Assembly: GCF_002571385.2 (NCBI RefSeq)
Contig: NW_019217843.1
Coordinates: 176,187-240,186 of the forward strand
From: Stylophora pistillata
Taxonomy: Eukaryota
Direction of reading: 5' to 3'
DNA: 64,000 bases
In this document: piece by piece, positions 51,701-64,000 of the stretch
Layout: each line of letters opens with the position of its first letter
Numbering within the stretch: position 1 is the stretch's first letter
Notes under the pieces: model-generated
Told to the model about the DNA's origin: nothing
What the model saw: the letters and a program-made list of their open reading frames with translations, nothing else
Database searches by the model: none
Translations under genes and position numbers: made by a program

Positions 51701-54700
51701 ATGGCAAACCAAAAGATCTGATGGGTAGAACAATAGCTCAAGCAGGAGCGTCTTAAAATTGTACACCATTCTTAGCCGTCCTCTGCGAAAAAACAATGTG
51801 AAATCACCAAACCCTGCGTGGCCTGAGAACGGAAACATCGACGAAAAATTATGTAAGCTTTCATTTGAAATTCAACGCTGCTCCGACAAACGTTCTGCGG
51901 AAGTTGAGGTGTGGCATCGTGAGAGAAGGTAAACACATCCGGCCATTCGCGAAATTCTAGTTGAAAATTTAAATTCAATTCTGAATCGGTGTCTTCTTTG
52001 GTATTGTCGTCCAGACTGCTTAAGGTCCCTGGCTACTATGTTGCCATGTATACTAGAGACGTAGGACATTGATCGCAGCCGTTCTGACGTGTCACCGGCG
52101 TCGGTGCGTCGTAAACTAGAGTCCATTTTTCCTCGGAGTTTTAGTGTCTTGAATAATTAAGATAAGTACAGCGAAAAAAGCTTTTTTTTTTCTTTCTGAT
52201 CTAATACTCCCTTTGTGCGACAACAGTTTAAAAAATGGTAGTTATCGATAGGAATTATAATGAGGAACATGGAAGATTTTCGTTCTGCACAATCTTTATT
52301 CAGTTTCAAATTTGGACTATTTACTAACAATTTATTCACGCTAAGTGACCTTAAATGCAAATTGTAGTCTCATTAGTTGCTAACAGCCGCGGCAAAAAAA
52401 AAAAAAACATTAGCAAAAATCACTTGAAGAATCGGTCGCACGAAGCCATTTGCTGAAGTTCTAGGCCCAGCAGAGCCGGTTAGTCGTGTTTAGGCTCGAT
52501 AACTCCATGAGATCAACCACAACAACACTTAAGCTGTTTTTTGTGTTTGGATTATTCAATTGAAGTACTTACTAAACGATATGAATTTTCCTGTTAGTAG
52601 GTAAAATAGCATGAAAAACAATTGAGATTTCTGAGGCGTATAATTTGGATCACTTCGCTCACGACTTAATTCCTTCTCCCATTAATGTGTTCCTTTGTTT
52701 CTCTGACGTCGGGCGTCTTTTGTAAGAGCTTAAAAGTCCATTTCCTTTGATATATTACCCTGCCACTGCTTTGGGCCGCCTGTGTTTACACAATGTTGAC
52801 CGCATGGTTTAAGATGGAAATGCTTGAGTCTTCAGTTCCGTTGCACCCTTTTTGTCAGTGAGCCCGAAGCTAGAGGTGTAAACAACATGCGATAAAAGAT
52901 TCGACTTTGTGATGTCTCGACTGCAAAAGTTGGAGTGTGTTGCAAATTACTTACTATGGAGAGTTGTAACTGTCGAAGGCGATTACCGGAATCAGACATG
53001 TACTTTGATAGTGTGACATACGCGATTGAGCCATGATTACCATGCGAAGTGTTCTTTTCATAAGCTAGGGAGTGAAATGTAAATATTTGTGTTCTCAAGT
53101 GGTAATTAACGGTTGATATGATAATCAAGCTAAGGGCTTCAGCCTGGCTCGGAGCTTCGGCGCACTTGTGTGATCACGATAGATTGTACACGTCTGTGCA
53201 CTTTACTCACGCGATGACACAATCGAAGCTTGTTGCACCCGTGACAACTTTACAAACTTCAAGACAGTGTTACAGTCGACTTCGAAACGTGTTGGACAGC
53301 CAGCCTCAGTTAGTAAGTTTCATTTTCTCAACTTTATACTCAATTGATACTTCGCAAACATCGCTAAAATAATTGCACGCTTTTATGGATAACATGCTTC
53401 TGAAAAATCGCGTCATGTAGAGTTTATTTTACCTCCTAGACTACTGTTTAGGACCTGTATTGTTCATTGATAATTCTCGTGTTTCGTATTAGTCTCGTAT
53501 CTGGGCATGCTTTTTTCCTTCGAGTTTTAAATGAAAAAACTTACTTTGAATTTTACGTAACTTGAACCAAAACTGATTCCCCACTAGATTTTACCCCTAC
53601 ATAATTCGAATCCTTGGTAACTTGGTGTGACTTCTCATCCTTCAGGTCTTTTTCTCAACAATTTTACATTCAATGACTCAGACTTTTTTTAACAAAAATT
53701 CAGCACACGTTCAAAACAGAGCCACTGTTGCTGAGTGTTGTTTTTCGCAGTAACGCGCTTTGCTTATAATGAATTATTGAAATACTTTAAAAATGAGTTG
53801 ATCTTAAAATTGTTTGCTACAAAAAAAACTTACAAGAAGAACTTCCTGTCGCTAACTCGAACCACCAAGGGAAATCAGGTCCAAAGTTACGAGAGTTCGA
53901 GGTATTATAGGATTTTGAGATGTGATTTCAACTTTGGGAGAAAATAGTGTTTTCCTTTATTGTTTGATTACTGTCCAACTACTCTGTTGAATCATGTCCA
54001 AATCGAAGACTTGAAGAGCAAAAAACTGCCCGTTTTTCCTTTTTCAAAACGAAGCAACAGATCTGAAAAAAATGCGATTTTTCCTCTTTGTAAACAATTT
54101 AACATTTGTGTATCACTCAAATCAGCACATGGCAATACAAAGCGATAGATTACGAGTTATTCTTGCATTAATTTCACATTTGTTTTTTCGTATTTGCTTT
54201 CAATATTATGGCTTCGATACAACTTCAGAAAACCTCAACACGACCATAAACTAGACAGCCGTTTTCGAGACGTGGAAAGCAGCCGGAAATGAAAATTGCG
54301 TCACTAATTTTAAGTCCGGTTGCCGCCCGCCTCTGAAAAACTTCCTTTCTTAAGTTCCTTTCCAGCGGCTCTCACCAGTTGCTCTTGGATTTAGAACTTT
54401 TTCTCACGCTACTATCTGCTATAATGTGATTCGATTATTATTATTATTATTATTCAACAACCCCCTCAGAAGTAATATTCATAAAAATTCAACACCATGG
54501 TAGGGCAAAACTACCAACCTTGTAAGGGAACATACTTACTCGGCCAAAACCGGGACTCTTTACAGCAGATGATTCAAAACCGTCACCTTGCGTTTTAGTA
54601 GGGACAAATAACAATTTGAAAAGGCGGATTTCTTTCCCCTTTGAATTTTATGGCTGGATCATTAGACCAGCATACTCCAAGGGTATATTTGAGGGATTCT

Positions 54701-57700
54701 GCCGCGATCGATCGTTATAGTCTGGACGAAAAACATTTTATCGTTTTTTCTTTTTGCCAGGAGAATGTTGTTGCATTTTCACTAAGGAAACGTCGTTTCA
54801 ACGGGGCCTCAGGGCTTACGATTATTGTTTATTTTACATCCTTGCGGCGGTTGATCATTTACATAACACTGTGGTCATTCGTGTGAGAGTTTTGACAAAT
54901 GACCATATAGCTGTATGTCCATAAGGCGTCGCCAAGGCTTTCCGGTGGAGGGAATTATAACGCTTATGAGATTCTGCAGTAAAGTAGGTTGTTCACGATG
55001 ACTTCCTATTACTTGACGTTTTTGTTCATTCCGTAGACCACCAAGAGGAAGACAGTGCAAGGGGAGAAGAAACATCATGACACTCTGATGGGATCAATCT
55101 CAGTGGCTGCTTCTTTCAATGGCTTTCTCAAACAAGTGAGTAACTCAAGTCTTTGATCTCTAATAGTAACCCTTGCAAGGGTGGAATCAACCTACTCAGC
55201 TGCTCGAAGCCAGGCACCCAACTTAATCTTCAATTCGAAGATCTAGTGTGCCTTTTCTCAGTAAAATCACGGTCACAAAAGAAACAAGGGTAACCTGATT
55301 TCCGATCCTTATAAACGCAACTTCCATACATTTGTTCTGTGAATGGTCAGTTTTGACCTTTTGCGATCCTTTGGCGTTTCATCCTGTAGGAGCTACCCCA
55401 GCTAATTGTGTGTAGAGAAACAACGGTGATATTTTGGTTTGTTTTGCGTGGGTCTCTTACCTGCTGGGAAACTAAACGAAAATAAATTCATGAATCGACC
55501 TTTGCGAGAATTTCAAGTATCCTTCATTGTTATGACACTAACAGCAGACAGGTGATAACCCATGCAACCACTCAGGCTGGCAACACTAGGTGACTGTATC
55601 TGAATAATTTCCAGAATAAAAATACTCAAATATTATTCATTCTGTAAAATTTTCCTTTTTGCTCAGTTTTACAAAACATACGATAGAGGAAGTACATTTA
55701 GATCATCCTCCGCTGTCAGCAATACCTTTTCGTCATTTATCTCGTTTATTGATTGATGTCAACAAACCATTCAGTTATGTTTATTTAATTTTACAATCCC
55801 TTAACCTTTTTAGTGTAACTGTGGCTTAAATTCAAATGAGCCAAAATGTCAAAACATCTTCATGTTTCTGATGAAGACATGCTGTTCCATGCCAATACTT
55901 AAGTGCAAGGTATAAAAGTTATGATATTTTTTGCAAAATTAGTTTTTCAGTTCTTTGGATATTATCTTTTTACACTGAATTGATATGGAAGAGTGAAATT
56001 TCTAAAATGATTAGGAGTAGGTTCTGAGCTCTACGTTTAAGTTTGTCAGCCAGAAGGTAAGCCTGTCGTGCTAGCTTTAGATAATATTTCGTCTAGAAAT
56101 TCTTCGTTTTGGTAATTGTGGCTTAAATTCAAATGAATCAACATGTCAAAACATCTGCAAGTTTCTAATGGAGACATGCTGTTGCATGCGTATAACAAAG
56201 TGCAAGGTGTAAAATTATAACATTTTTGGCAAAATAAGTTTTCAGTTCTTTGGTTATCATCTCTCTACAAATAATATGACAGAGTGAAATTTCTAAAATG
56301 ATGAGGAGTGGGTTCTGTCACTCAGTTATGAAATGTTTCGAAATGATTGAAGGAGTCTGATCTTTGCCTCAACAGGAGACCTTCTCCTATACTTACCTTT
56401 AGACGAGAAGAACGATGATACAATTTAATGTTTCTCCAAAGAAGCGTTTTCGTGGAGATGTATCGTTGACCGCTTGTTTAATAAACAAGTGCATGCAAGA
56501 CATACCTAGCGATCCGAGATGATGTTTATAGAAGTTTTATGTGATTCTGTCACTTTTCGCATTTCCTATAATTTCTTGGAAGAATGATTATCTCACACCT
56601 GTGGGGATGTTCATGGTCAATAAATTCGCTTAAGGATGGTTCTATAACATAAAATCATATCGCTGCAGTATGCTATATGTTCTTTTGTTTGATCAATAAA
56701 CAAAATATTTTTATTTGAAGTGGATAAATCATCGTACTCATAGAAATCTGTTTTATATTTTTTTTGCCAGACAACAAAACCGCAAGAGCGAAATCGTTTT
56801 GTAAAGACTCAAAATAATGAAGAATCGTTCTGCAACCTCGATGGCGCAAATTCTGGGCAAGAAAGAAACAAAACAAGTCCTAAACCAGAAGAAATGAAAG
56901 CGGAGAAAACTAAGGTCTTTGAAAACTCAAAAGCCACTTTCAGTAACTCATTGAACAGCGAAAAGGATCGACTTGCATCAAATACATTAAAGGACAGGTC
57001 ATCATATACTAGTAATGACATCAGTAATCAGGATCCCACGAGAGACCGAAAACGGGACCATTCCTTGACAGAAGACGAAAAACAACAAGTCTTGTCTCTT
57101 TTAACATCAACAAAGCTAAACAAAGGCCCATTTTATGCCGGAGAAAATGATAGAAGAAGTAAGAAACTCAGCAATTCTGTTGAGGATCAGCTCACCAAGC
57201 CACCTTCCCCTTCGTCATTTGCTTATTCACACTACGGGCAAACTGAGAGTCAGATGATGTTCAACCCTATCATACCCGCTGGTCGTTCCGCTTCTCCAAG
57301 CGTACACTCCGATGTAGGTGAAAATCAGATTCCTTCCGTGCTCACTCCGACCTTTGTACCAATTGCTGTCCCTGTCCCCAGCGTAGCTCCTGTACCAATG
57401 CCACCTTACTGGTACATGCCTCAGGGAGGGATGATGTCCTATCCTCACCCAGCGATGTCCCCGGTGCCTATTGTTCCAGTTGACCCTTCAGAAACCTCCA
57501 ATCAGTCAGTGGTGTTAACAGATAGTGACGTCAGCAACTTATCTGACACGGACCCTCGACCAAAAAGCAAAAACTGCGCCATACAAGAGTCTGATAAATC
57601 CGAACGTTTAAAGGAAGAAACACGAAGGAATAACAAGGAATCTAAACAAAACATACAAGAAAACAAAGGATCCAAACTTCCTCGACCGATTTGGCAGAGG

Positions 57701-60700
57701 CCTGTTCCAAAGAACAGGACAGCATCAGAGGAATCAGAATCGAATGTCAAAGTTGATCGACGAAGGGTACCGTTTAATGATGGATTCAACAAGGGTAGCG
57801 AGGAGGAGAAACAAATTCGTACAAGAACTCCTTCTCCATCCCTTGGGAGACGAGCGGTTCCCCAGGAAGTCAATCCTCCTCGCTCTCAAACGCCTCCGGT
57901 GTATTGGACAAGAGATGGAGTGGACATGTCACCCCGTAATAAACTTCGAGCAAGGGCATCAACAGGCTCTTTACCAAACCGTCCCCCAAGACCATCTAGC
58001 TCACCGAATGGACGTAGAAGGTCAAGTTCTATTACTCTAGGTTCAATAACAAACAGTCCTGTCCAAGGACGTAAGAATCAAGGAAGCAGGCCATCTAGTC
58101 CCGCCGGATCGCGATCCAATAGTCCCGTTTCTATACTCGTTTCAAAATTTGAGCAATTGTCTCAGGAGTCTGCAGATAGCTTCCCGCGTGTTCGCTCAGA
58201 TTCCGTGACGTCCATGATTTCAAGGTTTGGTTCTTCGCCCTTAGTGCCTGAGGATCGTCTTGCCAAAGGGCAGTTTAAGCCAAACATTCTTGCAACACCT
58301 AGCCAGCCAACCTCGAAGACTGGTCCTTTTCGTCCGTCGTCAGTTCGTAACAAAGTTCACTCTGCTTCAGATCTTGAAACGTCAGTGATGCGACCTGTTA
58401 ATTCTATTTTATCACAAGAAAGGGGCAGGGTAAGCGGGACCTCAATCGACGAGTCATCAACCTTTCATCCTGGCGACCCACGTGAAGTACAGTGTAGTGA
58501 GTCAGACCCAGGCTCAACTGACAGCCGAGAACGTCGTATTTCAACATCTCAATGTGCACTCCACGAAGAGAGAGAACCAACTTCGGAAAAATGTCATGAT
58601 TCAAGAACAAGGCTTTTGGAAAACATTAGAAAATGGGCGTCTCCGGAGAATATCATAAGAGACTGTAGTTCATCTGGGGCTCTTGAAAACAACACTCAGG
58701 AACGTTTAGTATCTGGTCTCTCTCTATTTGGCGATTATTGTACTAAAAGAGATCAAGGTAATCGAAAAAGTAATCCTAAGGCTCGGCTTCAGAGGAGTTC
58801 CTCTGGGAAATCGAAGTTATCCACTTATTCTGGGGGATCGCCATCCAGCAATGATCTCAGGAATGACTATATTATCAAATCAAGCAACACATCGGATAAT
58901 TTGTCTAAACCCTGGAAGGGAAAAGGCAGTTCTTCAAACGGGATTTCCAGAAAATCGTCTCTAGATTCAGAGCCTGTACGCGAGAAAGGTTCCCCACGAT
59001 TAACACCGAGGGATCTTTGTTCATCACCAGAAAGAGACCCTACTATCCCATTTTGCGATGTCAGGAGTCCTAACGATTTCCTCTGGTCTCCAAACTCTGA
59101 CACTCATAAATTTGAGATCCCTGTAGATTTGGCAATTTTGGACGCCACTACACCTATCATTTCCAGTTCTGTGGGTGGACTTGATTGGACATATGGTGGA
59201 GTGGATGGAAATGTAATTTCTCCCCCTTTTCCTCTTAGTCCAGGATCATTGAAGGATTTCAAGCCATCAAATGATTTCACAAGTGTTACATTCAAATGTG
59301 GAGAGATGGAACCTGAGAGAGACACAAACTGTATTATTAACAAACCATCTCGTGACACTACAGAATATGTCAGTTCTGACTGTGTCTCTAACAGGAGAGG
59401 CTCAACAGGCAATTATGCGAGAAGATTCGAAAGAAATATTCTTCGCAGTACAGGTGATTTGGAGACCGAAGTATTTGCCTCTAATTCGACCTCGGTTCAA
59501 AAGAGTTGTTATCCAACGGAAAATCCTAGCTCTAAAACGGAGATCAACGATAATCCACGTCCTAAACCCAAAACTTCACCCTTTCCTTCGAAACCAGAAA
59601 GCTCGTCGACTATCGCACATGTAAATGGGAATCCTCAAACTCCAAGAACGAGATCTAGAATCGATCAGGTTGCGCGATCGAGACATCCATCCGGTGACTG
59701 TCCCCTTGGAAAAGATATTGCCACTGTATCAAAGAATCCTTCCTCACCAGTGACTCTTAGGAAAATCATGTCAAATCCTCTATCTCAAGACGCAGGTACA
59801 TCGCAACGTAGGATTTCAACGTCCAAACGAAATTCATTGCCCACTTCGCAACCAATTAACCTTCCATCTAGCCGCGATCGTTCGAGCCCGGTTGAAACCC
59901 GCCCAATCACGAAGAGCTCATCGCATACTAATTTATCCCAAAAACAGCAAAAGTTCTTTAAAAGTCCTTCGCAAAATAATCTATCAGTGTGTCAATCTTC
60001 GAGAGATTTGTCAAGGATTTCCCCTAAAGAAGGAAACCTTGGTAAAAGCAGTCCTTATTCCAAACCCATACCATCAAATACCCCTTGCCTAAATGGAGAA
60101 GATAGCAAGAGCAGAGGTTCTTCAACAACTGCTAAACAAGGGTATCCCAGCCCATCAAAAGAGAGACATGATGCAAAAGGGCGGTCTTCGAACCCCCCCG
60201 TCAAAGCCGGTAGAACCATTAGTTCCACTTCCACCTCTACTGATCCGTCAGAATCAAACCCAGTTAGGTACCCATATACGAGAAGAGGGAGCATGCCTGC
60301 AGGGGGTTGTTCTACCATCAAACCTTCACCAAAAGCGGCCAGCAATCCTACTTCTCCACTCCATACAAAGCCACCGAAAGCGAAAATTGAGTTCTTTGGT
60401 GCTACAGGAGAAGACAACACACGCAGCGCGATACATCCTCGAGATTCAAACAGAAAACACGAAAATTTGACAACAACTCACCAAAACCCAAGGCCAAAAA
60501 GTCAGATTGATTGTGAAAGCAGTGTTGATTCCTCGAAAGCTCCATCTCAGTGTGCAAAATCATCCTCCAAATCTGGATTCTCTTCCCGAGAGCTCGCCTC
60601 GGAACAAAGCTCTAATTCAATGGGTAAAACTGAAGAATCGGAAGTATTTTATATACCTCGCTCTCATGAAACTCTCCTTAAAAGTGACATAACATCGAGT

Positions 60701-62260
60701 AATAGCAGTAAGCGATTTCCAACTAACTCTTCATCCGACAGTGGATTAAACTTGTCTGATACCGACGAGTCACGAGGAAGTATCGGAAAAGGCAAAAAAA
60801 GTCATTGTGCGAGGTCACCTCCTTTGTCCCCAACAACGCTCTCCCCTTCCCATTCGCTTTCTCCGACATCTGCAAAGTTTCCAATAGGACACAAATTTTT
60901 TTATGATCCAAAAGATCACAAACATCCACCTTCAAAAAAGGGGCCGCTGAATGTTTCACAAAACGACCCAACGACGTTGGCTTTTTTATCTAATAGATCT
61001 AATAGTGTTCAACAGGAAAATTCCTCTAATCCCATTAAGGCTTCCACAGGAAAGTCCAAGGAATCTTCGAACAAAACAACGCAAAGTGATAGTGATAACT
61101 TCAAGCATCCTAAAGTTGACATGTCAAAAATAACGGATAAAAGTTCTCCAAACTCTGATGAGAAAGCTAACGATGTTCCTGAAAAACTAAAGGAAGGATG
61201 TGCTGCTTCGAAACTAGCAACAAAGGGTAAAATTGGGAGGTCCAACTCAAAAGAGTTTGTGGCGGCGTCCACACCACCTCCAGACATTTTGGGAAGACCT
61301 GCTAGTAAAAGCCCTCCATCTTCGTCAAGAGTTGATTCTAAAGAGCTTCTAGGTCAACTGGTTAAAAAAGTACTAAACTCTGCTGCTGCTAAGCAAGGGT
61401 CTTCTCCAAAGACATCATTTGCTGAATCAAAGAATTCAGTAGCAAAAGCAAGTGCCAAGGGAAAGACAGTTGCTTTGACTAATGAGATAACAGAGGCTAA
61501 ACAAGAAGAGAAAATTAGTTGTCAAGGGAAAAATCTAACGACAAATAGCTCTACGCATAAATCATGGCTGTTCGATGCTGAAAAAGCTTCAAAGATAAAG
61601 GAGATAGGACTTTTGAGTGAAACTTCCCTAACACGAAATCGACACGAAATCACACCTGAAGGAACACTGCGATCACAACCTGGTACCTTTAGTGATACAC
61701 CGATTTCCTCCAATAACGCTTCAATAACTGAGGATTCTTCGCGCGCGGTACGTCAACCATTTGTTGTCAAGTTGCAGTTTTTGTAGAACATTTCTAGCAT
61801 GTAACTGTTGATTTAAGAATCTTACTGTTTTACTAATGCCCCAAGTTATTAACGTTGGCTAGAATTCCTAATTGGTACCATTCCGAAGCCTTGTCTGGTA
61901 AGGAGATGTTTAACTATTTCCATTACCTGAGGGTTAAATATACTCTACACATTATAATCCCTTACCGTTGATACACGAGTCCCTGTTTCTGATTCGGCAA
62001 AAGATTATCAGAGAATTACCCCCCAAGTGTCTGCCCATACAAGCGCATGTATCTGCTAAATAGTCCAATTCGCAGTGCACGAGGAAACAGCTTTGTCAAG
62101 CCATCATAAAAATCTTTAATCGTTCTAGTTGTGTTGTGTCATCAACAGGAAAAATCGTCGCCAGGGGCAAAGGGCGTGCTCTCTACAATCATCGACATGA
62201 TACATGACGAATTTGCGTTTGATGGCTACTTGGACGATGGAGTAGAAGACGTCAATATGG
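45791..62260 (+). CDS. Uncharacterised multi-exon protein; exons 45791-45852, 51387-51488, 56771-61747, 62149-62260; probably continues beyond
   Basis: Phase-consistent GT-AG chain: (G)ISIDDLYLAPEHSSKFASEK | TCESLQ...ATVDSDD | TTKPQER...SSRA | EKSSPGAKGVLSTIIDMIHDEFAFDGYLDDGVEDVNM. No family recognised. Confidence 0.7.
47844..47916 (-). tRNA. tRNA-Thr(AGT)-like segment in repeat unit 1 (probably pseudo)
   Basis: 73 nt cloverleaf with A and B boxes; mismatches in the T-stem and anticodon stem. Confidence 0.35.
48091..48163 (-). tRNA. tRNA-Thr(AGT)-like segment in repeat unit 2 (probably pseudo)
   Basis: Perfect acceptor GGCTTGT/ACAAGCC, D-stem GCTC/GAGC, loop CT-AGT-AT; one T-stem and one anticodon-stem mismatch. 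Confidence 0.4.
48338..48410 (-). tRNA. tRNA-Thr(AGT)-like segment in repeat unit 3 (probably pseudo)
   Basis: Same as unit 2. Confidence 0.4.
48585..48657 (-). tRNA. tRNA-Thr(AGT)-like segment in repeat unit 4 (probably pseudo)
   Basis: Cloverleaf with two T-stem mismatches (AGTGG/CCCGT). Confidence 0.35.
48667..49659. other. Assembly gap (993 N)
   Basis: Run of N. Confidence 1.
49795..50876. mobile_element. Non-autonomous Kolobok-like DNA transposon, 1082 bp
   Basis: TTAA on both sides (49791-49794 and 50877-50880). TIRs GGTGGCTCGTACCAGTTT / GGTGGATCGTACCGGTTT (16/18). Purine termini fit Kolobok rather than piggyBac (CCY). Confidence 0.85.
51677..52030. mobile_element. MITE with AGGGACC...GGTCCCT termini
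   Basis: Short terminal inverted repeat; TSD not clear. Confidence 0.5.
55815..56317. repeat. Diverged direct duplication of ~210 bp (offset 297 bp)
   Basis: 55815-56026 vs 56112-56317; shared blocks include TGTGGCTTAAATTCAAATGA and AGAGTGAAATTTCTAAAATGAT. Confidence 0.9.
56771..61747 (+). CDS. Giant 4977 nt coding exon, Ser/Pro/Arg-rich disordered region
   Basis: Open from the acceptor (T)nGCCAG at 56770 through the 1630 aa ORF to the GTACGT donor at 61748; phase 0 at both ends. Confidence 0.85.
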
Positions 62261-63264
62261 GTGAGAAACTGAAAACTCCTATGGAGTTTCAATATTGCAT
62301 GTGAAGTGTTGTGGTTTTTTTGTTATGGGGTTTGACCCAAGGTTAATTTCTTGTGATATGCAAAAGGAAGGAAGGGATAAAGATGTTCCAAGAGGTAAAT
62401 GAAAATTTCCGGTTTTGAAAACAATTTTTTTGTCGTGGCTTATAGAACTTGTACTTGGGTTATTAAGCAATCGTGCAGTCAGAAACTTTTAACGAAGCTA
62501 CCAGGAACTGTCTCTCTTGTTCAGGTCTATACATAGATGAACGCCTCAAATTAATTTTGAAACGCTTATATTCAGTTTTTTATCCTCGTTTTAAACAATG
62601 TGAGGGCTTAAGACCCTCCTCCTCATAAAATGCAAAGCTTTTAGCACCATTTCCAAGCGCCCAGTGTTTGTTTTTCGCTGTCAAAATAGTGCCTTTTGTT
62701 TTGCGGACTTTTGTCTTCGTTTTGCTTACGTCATCAACCATCAGGTCACAAAGAGAAGAGTATTAACCCTTCTTACTAAACGAGGGTTCAATACAAACAA
62801 GCGTACAATTTGCTCTCTGGAATCTATATCCTTACGTGAGGGTACTTCGTTGATGCTGCTTTGACGGAACTTACGTGAATCGTCAATTGACTCAATTATG
62901 TTCTCCCATCCTTACTTTGCGCCCCTCTAAATCCTAAACGTGTCATTAACTTTACGTTGTCTGTTAATTAACGCCCTCTTCGGTGAGCGCTTGTTAGCAA
63001 CTTTACAATAAAACTGCCAATTAGCATCAAATGGGCTATAGGTCAAGGGATAAAAAAAGACATTCAATTAACGCGTGCACCTACCAACAAGTTTGTTATT
63101 TGAAGACTGTTCAACCAGAACTTTATAGTGAAAATATCTTAACTGTGAATTTGATGCTAACAGGAATGACAAGTATTGTCCTTGCCAATAATATCAAAGT
63201 GTAAGCATTTTCTTTATTGACAATACCAACTACCGTTTATATATGTTAAGCTTTTTCAGGTAAA

Positions 63265-63426
63265 AGGTTAGCCCTTTCGCTCCGACGAAGGGCTAACGCT
63301 CGAAACGTCAGCTTTTGTAATCGTTACGGTGGCCAATTTACCATTTCAACTTTGTTGATATATCCAAATTATTTCGTTACTCCCACCGACGCAGCCCCAA
63401 ACAGTTTCTTTCGAAACTATCAGCCT
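63265..63426 (+). mobile_element. Penelope-like element terminal fragment with minimal hammerhead ribozyme motif (copy 2)
   Basis: GCT-CCGACGA-A-GGGC-TAAC-GCTC-GAAAC-GTC-AGC at 63279-63312. 13 bp direct repeat TTTTTCAGGTAAA at 63252-63264 and 63427-63439. Confidence 0.82.
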
Positions 63427-64000
63427 TTTTTCAGGTAAAGTCGAACTTTGCCAATTTTATGCTGTAGGGCTGAATGAAGGCCAATACATTAGTTCATTTG
63501 ATGTCAAGTTATTGCTGATTTTGGCCAGTCTTCTTCTCAAATAGTCCGGAAATTGGCATGTACGACCAAAAAACATCCCCAGAGACTCTTTATTCAGAAA
63601 CTTAATTACCGTCACAATGACGAATTCGACGTTTGACGTAGATATTGTTTTTCAATCTGGAACTAGGTGACACTTAACTGAAATGTCGGGGAAATATCGA
63701 GTGTTTTTCCAGGCAATATTGAGAGTTACAGTACCTTTGTGCATTTGTTAACAAACAAGGGCTTGTTTCTTGTTTTCTTCAGCATTTTGTTTACATTTGG
63801 CTTTGCACCATAGTTCTTTTTGTATATAATACTATAATACCACATATTATAGTATATTTTCATGCAAAATATTCCTCATTTCTACTTGATTTGCTCTTGA
63901 CATAACGTCCAACACGACGCAATTAAAATGGCGACGATAGTCGATGGTAATACGAACAAATATACAAGTATATACCGGGCAATATGTCATTGATAAGATT

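Noticed and set aside
54860-55600. Possible decayed retroelement 5' region or HDV-like ribozyme on the minus strand
   Set aside because: Composition is suggestive, but I could not recover protein motifs or the nested double pseudoknot.
57227-61713. Many short antisense and alternate-frame ORFs within the giant exon
   Set aside because: Expected shadows of a long Ser/Pro-rich coding frame.
56894-61786. Stand-alone single-exon 1630 aa gene
   Set aside because: The frame is open upstream to an acceptor at 56770, and a donor at 61748 joins in phase to the 62149 exon.

Overview
This is AT-rich animal genomic DNA. The repeat families and gene content suggest a stony coral (inferred from recall, not searched). 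There are two assembly gaps (1983-2003 and 48667-49659). Genes: (1) an intronless nanos gene (8579-9277, +); (2) an 18-exon SLC18/VMAT-like vesicular amine transporter (14865-33482, -), assembled by hand from GT-AG splice sites, about 476 aa, and mostly missed by the ORF track; (3) a divergently oriented, uncharacterised + strand gene (about 37991 to >62260) with two giant low-complexity exons that appear to be alternative. Mobile DNA includes a 5'-truncated CR1/L2-group LINE, several MITEs with clear TIRs and TSDs (Mutator-, Kolobok-, Harbinger- and piggyBac-like), and two ~160 bp TSD-flanked elements carrying Penelope-type minimal hammerhead ribozymes. The most unusual signal is a 247 bp tRNA-containing unit. 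It occurs as a tandem array and as dispersed TSD-flanked copies with an inverted-plus-partial-tandem architecture that does not fit an ordinary SINE.
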